A stretch of 43,056 bases of DNA from a bacterium. Lineage in GTDB: Bacteria > Hinthialibacterota > Hinthialibacteria > Hinthialibacterales > Hinthialibacteraceae. The notes under the pieces were generated by a model. The model searched no databases. It had not been told where the DNA came from and saw nothing but the letters and a program-made list of their open reading frames with translations. The translations under genes and the position numbers were made by a program. Below, one piece after another: positions 26,047-37,400 of the stretch (positions are counted from its first letter, which is position 1; each line of letters starts with the position of its first letter). The stretch is from the NCBI GenBank assembly GCA_963663405.2, contig CAXXSM010000131.1, forward strand, positions 1 to 43,056. The letters run 5' to 3'.

Positions 26047-27318
26047 TCAAAGCATACTCTTCAACAGCGCGTCGGACGGTTTCATGCGGCGTAATTCTAG
26101 AATATCTTCGGTCTTGGCGTCCCATGCAATCCGTTTTCCCGTGCGGTAGGAGATATTGCCCAGATGCGCGGCGTTGATAATCTGATGCCCTATTTCGACG
26201 GGTGAATTCGGTTCTTTACGGCTTTTAACGCACTCGAGGAAATTCGCGACGTGGTCGCCGCCTTCATACGTGCGTGGCCATGTCTCGATCGGCTCGTTCA
26301 TCTTCTCGCCCTGCGGGAAGACACGAAATCCGTTGCGGTCATCCACCATCAGCGTGCCCTCGGAACCGAAGAACGTCGCGCCAACACTGTCCCGGTCGTT
26401 GATAAATTCGACGGTAAAAAGCGTCGTGAAATCGCCGTAATTTAACACGGAATGCACGACATCCGGTGTCTCCCAATGATCGAAATAATGATTCCCACCA
26501 TTCGCCGCGACCGTCTTAGGGCCATCCACATCCATAAGCCATTGATTAACATCCAGCTGATGGGCGCCGATATCGGTCATTAACCCACCGGCGTAATCCC
26601 AATACCAGCGCCAAGCGTAATAACGGTATGGATCAAACGGGCGTTTCGGCGCTTTGCCCAGGAAACGATTCCAATCCAACCGGCCCTGCACCTTCACGTT
26701 CGCAGTGAACGGATCTCCGGCGGACCAGTTGCGGGTATCGAACACTTTCACATACACCACTTTGCCGAGAATCCCAGAGCGGATCACTTCCCGGCCCCGC
26801 AGCCAATGTTCACCGCTGCGGCGGTGATTGCCCACCTGGACGATCTGGTTCGTCTCCCGCACGGCGCGGACCATCTCCTGCCCCTCTTCGATCGTCTTTG
26901 AAAAAGGTTTTTCCGTATAGGCGTCTTTTCCGGCTTGGACCGTGTCGATTAGAATATCGTGATGCCAATGATCCGGCGGCGCAAGGTAACACGCGTCGAC
27001 ATCGTTCCGTTCCAGCAGGCGTTCATGTTCGTAATAAATATCCGCTTTATGATTCTCCTCTTCGGACAGGCGCTGTGCCTGCATCAACCGTTCCTCATAG
27101 ACATCGCAGACGGCGACGATTTTCGCTCCCCGTTTTTTCGCTTCCAGCAATCCCCATTGTCCGCGGCCCCCGGTTCCAATCCCACCCAGGCGGATTGTGT
27201 CATTCGCTCCAAGGACGGTTGAGGGTGCGATTCCCTGCGCCGCCGCTATCCCCACTCCAGTGACTATCGCCGCGTCTTTCATAAAAGCGCGCCGCGTTTG
27301 ATTCGTCTTTTCCGGCAT
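26047..27318 (-). CDS. Gfo/Idh/MocA family oxidoreductase with Tat signal
   Basis: TRRAFMK twin-arginine motif; IGTGGRG; PPDHWH; GKDAYTEKP; WRWYWDYAGGLMTDIGAHQLD. Confidence 0.93.
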   Translation of the reverse strand: MPEKTNQTRRAFMKDAAIVTGVGIAAAQGIAPSTVLGANDTIRLGGIGTGGRGQWGLLEAKKRGAKIVAVCDVYEERLMQAQRLSEEENHKADIYYEHERLLERNDVDACYLAPPDHWHHDILIDTVQAGKDAYTEKPFSKTIEEGQEMVRAVRETNQIVQVGNHRRSGEHWLRGREVIRSGILGKVVYVKVFDTRNWSAGDPFTANVKVQGRLDWNRFLGKAPKRPFDPYRYYAWRWYWDYAGGLMTDIGAHQLDVNQWLMDVDGPKTVAANGGNHYFDHWETPDVVHSVLNYGDFTTLFTVEFINDRDSVGATFFGSEGTLMVDDRNGFRVFPQGEKMNEPIETWPRTYEGGDHVANFLECVKSRKEPNSPVEIGHQIINAAHLGNISYRTGKRIAWDAKTEDILELRRMKPSDALLKSML

Positions 27319-27909
27319 TATGTTTCCTCCTAACTATACTATATCAATCAAGAATATCGAAATACACGCAAAAGAATACGTATCAGCAGGAGATAGTGTA
27401 ATGGAACTTGTAGAATTAATACAGAGAACTCGCCCGTAGAACGTCAATCATGGATATAACATTCCAAATTGATGATGAGCGAGAACGTATTTAAGCAAAA
27501 CGGGTATTCAGTATTCGATAGTATGGAGATTTTTTTTAAGTTCGTGGATGGTATACAAATTTTTAATAGGTTTACAGAATTACATTAATATTAGAAAAGG
27601 TGTAAAACGCTTCGCCCAGGCAGGATATCCCTGGTCAATTTCGAATCGGCCGGCGTTAAGGAGTTAAAAGGCCTTTGTGTTAGATTCAAAATATGGGTGT
27701 AGCCATGCTAACCTTTCTTCTTATCAAACTGATGACATTATTTTTTCTTTTACCATTATCAAACAAGATAAAAAAGGAAAATGTAAAAAAATAGGGAATC
27801 AACCTGTAATAGCAGGACATTTAAGAGTGCTTGTTTTAAACTTTTTTGTAAATTAAGATGAATTTATAGAAAGAATTTGAATAAAGATATTTTTTTTTAA
27901 AATTTATCG

Positions 27910-27938
27910 TTGACAATAAACTCCTCTCATGCTAAATT
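27910..27938 (+). promoter_or_regulatory. Sigma70-type promoter far upstream of the giant gene
   Basis: TTGACA, 17 nt spacer, TAAATT with an extended TG; preceded by AT-rich UP-like DNA. Confidence 0.55.
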
Positions 27939-28199
27939 TGTTGTGCTTGTGAGTGGAAGTGTATTCATATCTGGGGTTTATAGAAAATTTCCAGGGAAAG
28001 GGCTTCCACGAGTGGAACGAAAAGATCAGTGGTTATAAAGATTTGATAATGCAAGGTTTACGGTATTTCCATTTTGAATGGTACGTGGGGAAATTGTTCC
28101 GATCTGGGAATGAAGAAAAATAAAAATATGGTGTTTTTGTGTTGTATATGTATTTGAATTATATAGGTTTAAGTCTTGTAAAATAAGTAGGATTCTTAT

Positions 28200-28216
28200 T
28201 TGGCATGAGTAATGCT
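28200..28216 (+). promoter_or_regulatory. Sigma54-type (-24/-12) promoter upstream of the giant gene
   Basis: TTGGCATGAGTAATGCT has GG-N10-GC spacing and is 15/17 identical to 17599-17615. Confidence 0.65.
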
Positions 28217-28436
28217 AATAAGAATTGACTGTGTTTATATATTTTCGTATGTGAATGTGTAACAGAGATGCAAACTGGGCATTCAGCGTTGGTCTGAAAG
28301 AAAGGAAGAAATGATGCCAGGAAGTGATAGGTCACCATTCGATGTTATTTTACAGGGAGATTGGTTGAGGCGAGGGAAACAAATGTGGTTAAACTTTTTA
28401 AAAATAAATAGAAAAACTGCAGGAAAAGGAGAAATC

Positions 28437-31400
28437 ATGAAAAAATCGATTACCGGTTATTCGATGGGTCGGAATTTTGCGTTTATGTTCGTCCTTGTGG
28501 CGTCGTTGTTCTGTTTGGTGGGAACAGCGGACGCTCAGAATAATCTAAATTTCAGGCCCTTAAATATTGACTACTACATTAACGGCGCAGCGGGTGGGCA
28601 TGTAACGTGGGCTTCCGCCATTCTGGCCGCGTCTGATAGCGTCAACGGACAGGTATATGACAAAAATCGGGATGGAAAATTGGCCGATACTTTATCGGGG
28701 CAGATTTTTCAGCATTTTGCGAAAAATAAAAATGAAATACAGCTGCCGTCTTATTCCATCAAAAAGCCGATTATCGCCAATGCGGAAGAAAACGAACGGC
28801 TTATGTTGGTGGCGGTGATTGAAAACGTGACGCCGAGTATCGTACAAAGCATCGTGAATAATAACGACGCAGCGGCGAAAGCGGAGATCATTAATAAAGT
28901 AACCGCTCAATTTTCCAGTCAGTTCTTTGGTTTTGATAAAGTGGATATTAATTGGACCGATAAGGGGACCGGTCTAAATCCCAACGATGTGACCGGTGTA
29001 GGTAAAAATCCGGGTATGCTCGGTCTGATCAATCCTAAGAATACAGGGGAAGCGGGTGTAAGAGCCAACTCTTCGACGACGGTCATCGTGATTTGGAGTT
29101 CGGCAAGTCTGGTTATCAGCTCAACGGATGTGGAATATTCGAAATTGACTCTTGGCGCGACAGTCGGGATCAACAAGGGAGCCACTACGGATCATAATGG
29201 CAAAGCCAACTATATGGGTATTGAGGTTGGAAAATATCCCTCAGAATCTGGACCGCGATTTAAAGTTGGTTCCACTGTCAGTATTCTTGACGCGACGGAT
29301 ACCGTCTCAAGGGGATTCTTTGGTCTGGGCGCTCCGACGACAACGCCACTCGATCCAAGTAAAGCCGTCAGTGTAAGCCCGGCGATTCCTTTCCAATTCC
29401 GGCAAGAAGATATTATTCACCTTCGCGCTACAGTTGAGCCCAGGCAAGCCTACGATGGTGAGCCGGATGAATACTTCGGCGGTGGTGGAACGGACCCATT
29501 CTACTTTGTTAATGGATACGCGCCCGAAGGTTTTCCGGGTGATTTCTCCGGTTTCGCGAAAGCCGTTCAGTTAAAACGCGATAGTAATAAAGCCTCCTAT
29601 GTCAATAACGCGACGGATGCGAATCTTCGTGTAACCGTAACATTGGAAGATGGTTCCGGTGATGTTGTGGTCACGAATGACGCGGATGCGAAACGGTTAA
29701 TGGCTTGGACGGAGCAAGCGCCGGGGAATGATGTCTACCTGCATGTGCTGGGAAGTATTTCCACGAACTTAATTACATCAGGCGATCACGACTTATTTAC
29801 AGCGAACTTCGCCATTTCTGATGATGTAGTCAGTCAGGTTACAAATTCGTCCGTTCAAGGCGCTGTTGATGTGGTTGGGCCACTTGTATCTGATGTGATG
29901 ATGGATGCGGAAGGCGCAACGAGCGCTCCATGGGTAGGAAATAAAGTTGGTAACGCGACAGACCGGTTTGACGAAGCCCGCGTGACGATGAAAATCCTGA
30001 CACGGGGTGAACGGTCGGATCTCTATAGCCGTTGGTTGAATATTACCGTGCAGCCGGAACCGGAATTAGGTTTTGGGAATTGGTTCAGCGCAGTCGTTGA
30101 CAAGCCGAATACCTTTGCGGCGACGATCGGCGCCGTCTCCGAACAAGCGTCTGTGCCCAACGTACCGGCCAGCGCGGGTAACGTTCCTGGTGTGTCGGCC
30201 TCAATGAGAATTGAAAACACTGAACTCGTCACATATCGTAGCGCGTTCGCCGTTATCAGTGTTTCAGACGACGCGCGGAACCCTGCGTTTGGATGGACTC
30301 AGAATGTGGGTGGAACCCAAATTATCGATGGCGCTCTGCACATACGGGATGCGAAAATCGAGACAGATGATTCGTTTAAATCGGTCTCGACCCTGACTCC
30401 TCTTACCTATAAAACGATTGGTAAGGCTGTGTTGCCTATTGATAACAATGCGCCGACAGTTGATGCGGCGAAATTTATCGTGACGGGCGCTCCTTCTGGT
30501 TATTGGGGAAATACGCCATCCACTACCTTTAATTTGTTGAAATCCTCGGATGAAGCGTTGAACGCTCCAATCAATCAAACGCAAATCGGCGCATTGGGAT
30601 TGCCGACAGCGTTATCCGCGTCGCAACGGGTATTGTTTGTAACTCGCGGTGTTGCGGCGAGGACAGGGGGAAATAAACAAAATGGTAGTCCAGTTCGCTT
30701 GGTTGTGCAATTTAAGCCTAGTGGCGCAGATCCAACGAACGATACTGACCATATTATAACAACTCCAATGAATCCGTCTCAAATGACGGAATATGTAAGG
30801 AATAACTTTGTATTCAGTATTACCAACACACTATTAGGATGGAAATACCCGAAAACGCTGCCTGGCTCCTATGCGAATGGTTGGAATCTTGTGGATGCGA
30901 CCATTCATACGGGTGGTGGAGGAAATATTGGTTGGGCTACATTAGAAAACACGTCAGGTGTTCTGGTTGACGCCTTCAATAACCGGGCGAATTACGATGT
31001 GGAAAACGCAAGTTTGGCGATTCTAATCGGTGACCGTATTATTAACAAAACACCGATTACCCAACCCAATCACAGTAACCCGATTGTTCTCGATGTAGAC
31101 AAACCAGTTCTTGGGTTAAATCCAAATGTGCCAGCCGATATGTGGGGTGGTAACAGACAGGTTGCCCAAACAATCTTGCTCATTACTGATACGAAGAATA
31201 AAAGTTTTGGTCAATTATCAGCGGAAGGAATCAACCTTGACGGCGGTTCCGCTTTAGTGTTGGGACAAGATGGCACTGTCCAAGGCTTCAATAATGGAGC
31301 CGCATTGGCAAAAGATGCGGTTCTAGAAGTCAAAGCCGGATATATGATTATTGTCTCCGCATCCTTCCGGGAGACCGCTTCCGGTGTTGGAAGCACAGAG

Positions 31401-34400
31401 AATATGAATGAACTGGGCGGTAAATCCGCGTTCCCATTCATTTTAAGTAATGAAGGCGCGCCGGACTGGATGGATACAACGGCGGGTTGGAATACACTAT
31501 ATGGCCGCCGATTTAAAACGGTCAGCGCTGATTTCACCGATTTTGTCTCCACGGCGAGTGAAGTGCTTCCCGATGTAACCACCAACCGAAGCGTTGGACG
31601 TACGGCCGGCGATGCGATTACAGGTGATATTATTGACGCGACGTGGTTCTTCCTCATTGAAAAATCAATGACATTGAACGCTGACCTCGGCGCGGCCGCT
31701 GTGCGAAGTGTTACATTTGCCGCACGGGATCTTTCCGGTAATGTGAATCGGACTGGGATTCCCGCTGCGACCGCGGTCTTTACACAGCCGAAAGTCAGCA
31801 TCGTACATTTCGATATTTCCTCGCAATCAATGGGAAGAAATTCACTTGCGGTAAATCAGACTGCTGGATATACGCTTCCAACCGGCGGTAACGCATTCAG
31901 CGTTGGCGGCGCGACAGTGAATATTGTTGACACGACAACACGTCTCGTAGTTAGAGTTGGCAATGGCGCCTCCGGTGGTGGCCCGTTCGTCAGCAGTGAT
32001 TTTATCGGCGCCGATTTCACGGCGTTTGATGGGCCACTATTTGTAGCGCCTGACTCGGTCAGCTTCATTCCAAAACAGGATGAGAACGGAACAACCGTTA
32101 CAGCCTCAAACGCGACGGCTGGAACCGTTCTTTATGCTACATGGAATACAGTAGGTCCCTTCACCGGCGCCGGTGGAGACACAGCCGGCGCGAAAAGCGC
32201 AAAAGTGGTTGTTAAAGCGACCGGTCTGACATTGGGCATCGGCAGTGCGGAAACAACCGCTATCGCAGTCGATAAGACTAAGCCTGGTGTTTTGGCTGGC
32301 CATATTAAGGAAGAAGATTTAAGTGGGAATTCAACGGAATTCTCAGGTGGCGATCAACCGGATGACAATATCGTTCGTCCGCGGCAGACGGTGTCCGCTA
32401 CAGCACGTATTACGATGGACGCTGCGGAACAATTAATTGCGAAAGTGAACATTCACTTTATGCAAATCCAGGCTGACGCGAGTGATTTTGGTAAGGATTC
32501 CCTACTCAATCCGGATGAAGTAAGACGTGATATTAATCCGAATACAGGGAATGTCGCCGATCCATCGATTCTATGGGCTTCCTGGGCCTTCCAAATCGAA
32601 CCGGATGTAACCGATTTCTTTGGCGCTATTACAGTTCACGCTCGAGATGATTCGGGTAATACGAATAGCAATCAAGGTTCTCTCGTTACAATCGATACAA
32701 CAAATCCATTCGTGACGAGCCTGATTTTAAGCGCATCAGGCAAGATCAACTGGGTGACGGATTCGATTGGTCTGATGTCAGCGCGCCGTCCTGAAACATT
32801 TGACGGAACCGTAGGTCTGACAAAGTTGAACAAAGTCTACTTAAAGCGGGGTGACAATTATATAACGGAAACGAACTTCTATCGCGTTGGAACCAAAATT
32901 GGTGATGTTACGACACAGGTCGACGCCAACAATCCACGCAACGCTACAGCTTCCGTTCGCGCAGGTGATGAACTTCTAGTTCAGGCGGCTATCGAGATTA
33001 ATGATTCAATCTTCTCAAGCCTCGACACAGTTACGGCTGACTTTAGTCAAGTATCCGGTGCGGGTTATGAGTCGGTCGCTCCATTGTCCGATACTGAAAA
33101 TGCGCCAAAAGTCGTTGGTACTCTGTATCATGCGACATGGCGTCATTATGTCTCTAGCGCAGTAGCGGCTGCTAAACTTGCGATTGTTACAGTCAATGCG
33201 CAGGATCCAGCCGGCGAAGTGGCTGAAGGCGCGTATTACACAGTTCCAGTATTTGTCGATAATACGAAACCGACAGTGACAGTAAATACCACCTATTATA
33301 AGAATGGTAAGCCTGTCACGGGGACAGTAAATCCGAATAATATAACAAATTATCAACCCGGTGACGCGACTGCGGTCATTGAAATTACGGCAGTTTGGGG
33401 TGACGCTGAAATTTCACCAGTCGGACAATGGGTTGATAAGGCGAATCAACCTCCGTATAGCACAGTTAACGTATCAAATACTCCGGGTTCTGTTTTCTAC
33501 GCGGTAGCAGCGAAAAAAGGCGCGGCGAATGGTTTGAGTAATCCAAACGATCCAGCTTATGTCGCTGGTGTGAGATCCATGATTTCATTGCATGGTGATG
33601 ACTTCCTATCCGCTGGTCCTTTCCTGAAAAGCATGACGCCAGATTCATGGCAGCTGATCGGTGACGGTCCGCTTGTAACAGCAAATGCTATTACCGGAGT
33701 CGCGTCCTCCGCTTCGGATATTCGTGAATCGACGAATACTACACTGGTTGCTAAATTTGGTTTCCAGGGAGCGCGGGAAGGAATTCTGATCGATCCGGGC
33801 ACCAATGATGGTGACGCTAGATTTGTAGCAAGCGCATCTGATAATGTTGGTAATGTTGGACAAGATCCGAACGCTGCAGTGATTGAAGTGGATGGTACGG
33901 CGCCGCAAATCGTAGCTGGTAAAAACTTCAGCGCGTCACTTACTGTCGCGCCAGGACAAAACTCTGAGGTTCCGCCAGTTGCTTATCTACCGCAAGTGAT
34001 TTGGAGTGGTAAAGTTATACGGCCAACTCGAGTCAGCCGCGGTACAATCCTGCAGGCGCAGTTTACTGTAGGGGATACACCAGATAAAACAGATCCAATT
34101 GAAGTTGCTATTGAAACGCAAGGATTCAAAGGAAAGAACTACATCTTCACGAATCCAACCACAATTGCAAGTGAGTGGGATATAAAAAATGCGTCAAAAT
34201 ATTTCGTTGTCGATCCTTCTGCAATTGGCCAGGAAATCGTTGGTGTGACAGTTGAGTTTGAATCCGATGTCGAAAATAGTAAACAGGCGGACACGACATT
34301 ACCGATTTCTAATGCGATCTTGAGCGCATCATTCGATCACGCGCTCTTCGCCGGTCATGATGGTCTCTTTGATAATTCTCTGACGGCTATTGATGGACTG

Positions 34401-37400
34401 GACGGAATCATTATTGACGCTACAGACGATATCGATAATGCAAGGGTTGCGCAGTTATCCAATGGTCTGGAAATCGATACTCAAGGTCCAATGGTCATCG
34501 ATCAAGCGTTAATCAACTCGGACAACGAAGACGCGATGCGGAGCATTAAAGGCGTGCCGGGTGGTGACGCTTTGAATTTCCGTACGGGCTCATGGATGGT
34601 CTGGTGCGCTTCGGTTGTTATCGATGGTACTGAAGGAATGCACTTCAGAAATCTCAGTGTTGATTGGGAAGATCAGTTCGAGTTAGACGTAGATCGTTTC
34701 GTCAATGACGCCAATGGAAACAATGTTGTTGAAAGCGGCACGAAGATCATTTCAAACAATGGTAAGGGATATTATGGTCGTACAGTTATATTCGTTACCT
34801 CTGGTATCAAGATTAAATCCAATGCGACTCCGAGCACGGAACGGCAACTTACTGTTCATGCGGAAGACGCGTTTGGGAACATCATGGGAACAAGTGGAAC
34901 GCCTAACGGTCCGGTAACGACACCTTGGGCGGGTATCAACGCGCGTGGTCCACGGGCTGTTGAGATTACAATGCATGTCAAGCGAAAAGGCACAGATACA
35001 TTCATCTCCCAGATGCAGGGAGCGTCCAGTCTTGGAATCGGAAAGAATGGTCCTGATTCCGCTTCTTCCGCGTTTGAGGTAGGTCCTGGTGACGCGTTTA
35101 TCATTGACGCGACCGTTACCACTCATGAAGGTGAAGCGCCGGATCGTATCGACATCGACCTGAGTGATCTGTATCCTCCTGGAATGGATCCACTTGTTGA
35201 CAAAGTCGTACCGAATTATTCAGAACTCACAGGTGAAGGCACTATCCATTCACATTGGGAAACGATTATCTACAATGTGGATCGAGTTGCGCCTTATCCA
35301 CCAACACAGACCAATTTTGGAGTAGGAAATCCGAATCCACAAGCGAATAACTATGCAGGAAGTAGCATTCTTGGTGGTAGTGTAGTATTCATGGATCAAG
35401 ATATTCTGTACAATGATTTCGGTATTCAGGATGGTAATGGGAATCCATTACTGTACAATTCAGCTGCGGACTTTTGCCAGATTTCAAAGGCGACAGCGTA
35501 TGCGACAGCAAGTTTACAGCCCGCTGTTAATGGAGGTCTGGCCGTTGGTTATGATTGGCGAGAAGATCGTTGGCTGAACGCGACTCCTCAGCAACAGTTG
35601 AATCATCTTTGGGGCGCGCCGGGAATCATGGTGCAACCAGGCGCAATCGCCAAGAGAATCGCTTGGGTAACCGTACACGTTCAGGATCGCGAATCATTGT
35701 TCGCGATGGAAAATACGATTTCTACGAAGTTTACTGTAGATTCAGCCAAACCGCAGGTTAGTTACGAAATTCCTGCAGGCTTGATCGTCCATGTTTCTCC
35801 GCCTGAATATATCTTTAATTTTGCGGGTCCAGGCAACATATGGGCTGGTCGTATTGGTTATCCATCAGCGCCGAATGTCGCAGCGAACATTCCGAACCGT
35901 GTTGTAGGTGGTGATATAATTACTGTAGTTGTTGACGCCACAAACGACATGATCGATGGTCTCGGCAATGATAACTTCAGAATGTTGGGTGATAACACAA
36001 TATTCGATATTGACAATGCTGCGGGACTTTCCGTACTGGCAATGACCAATGACTTGTCCGATTACCGGCCCGGATTGGATCCAATTTGGGTCAGAATGGG
36101 TGAGGATAATACTCCTCATGGCATCAGCGTACATGATGACCTCGCCACAAATGGCGCAGACTTGATTAAAGCGACATTTGTTGTAGAAATAGGTTATAAC
36201 GCAGGTACTTCTGTCGCGCTGTCTAGAAAAATTCTAGAAACTACACCGACATTGTTAGACGATATCGGATCAGCGCCATATGACGACGAGTATCGAAATT
36301 GGATCAAGCGTCAAATTACTCCAAATCTTAGTGTAGACAACACTCCGCCTTCAATAAGCGGACAGTTGGAAGTTGTTATCGAATCCGGTTCAGCGATGCG
36401 GAATGGTCAGATATTGGGCGCGGGCGATCTCGTCGCAGATGGCGATCAGATCTCACCGAACACAGTATTGGCGATCACCGCTACAATAACCGATCAGGTT
36501 GATAGTCCTATCGATGTTATGAACAGCCCGAACTACGGTCCGGCTACAATACGAGCGGATGGAATTGAAATTCCTGCGAACTTTGTTGAACTGGTCACAG
36601 ACTATGCCGAATTGTCCGGTCCAGATTCTGTATCGGTTCCGTTCCTCGTGACGATTCCATCAGATGATGACGCGGTGAGTACAGATGAATTCCGGTTCAT
36701 CATTGACGCGACAGACACACTTGGAAATTATCGTTCGGTCCTTTCGATTGATAAATTCTCCTTTGACGCGAGCCCGACAATTAAAATCCTCGCCAATGGT
36801 ACACCGTTAGTATCTAAGTTGGTGAGTGTAAATGTTGCGGATACATTGGTACTGCGCGCAAACGCATTCGACGTTGGTGGAATTACAACAGTAAGCTGGA
36901 ATGTTGTTCCAAGCACACTCGATCACCTGTTGATCAGCGCTTCGTATGACACAGTGACCATGTCTCCACCGGATCCGATGGTGAGAAACGTTCCTGTTCC
37001 GTCTCAGGGAATCGTTCCACTTGATCTTAACCTTACGCCGAGCTTGAGTGATTCACCGATTCAGCAGGTGGTTGCGAGCGCGCAAGCCACGGATGTTGAT
37101 GGTAAGACTGTGGATGTGAGCAACATCATCATTGGCATCAATCAGCCTCCACTGTTTGCGGAACAATTCGCCGGTACCATGACAGACAGTTTGGGCGCTG
37201 AAACAGCGTTTAACTTGGATGCGGTGTCAACTGGTTGGAATACAGCCGCTGGTTCAGAAATTCGTGAAATCACGATCTCTGAAGGCGATTCAATCAGCGT
37301 TCCGATTCCTGCAACGGATGTAAACGGTGACGCTCTTACAATGGAAGCGACTGGAACAGCGCTAACAGATGCGAATGTTCTCGATGCTACCTTTATTCCT

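Noticed and set aside
28260-28330. Possible c-di-GMP-I riboswitch in the giant gene leader (gcaaac..ggtctga)
   Set aside because: I could not build the GNRA-capped stem or the GACGCAAA junction; the resemblance is superficial. An Infernal scan would settle it.
28311-28436. Upstream start for the giant ORF given in the ORF track
   Set aside because: ATG 28437 has a clear aaaggag RBS and places the signal peptide at the N-terminus.
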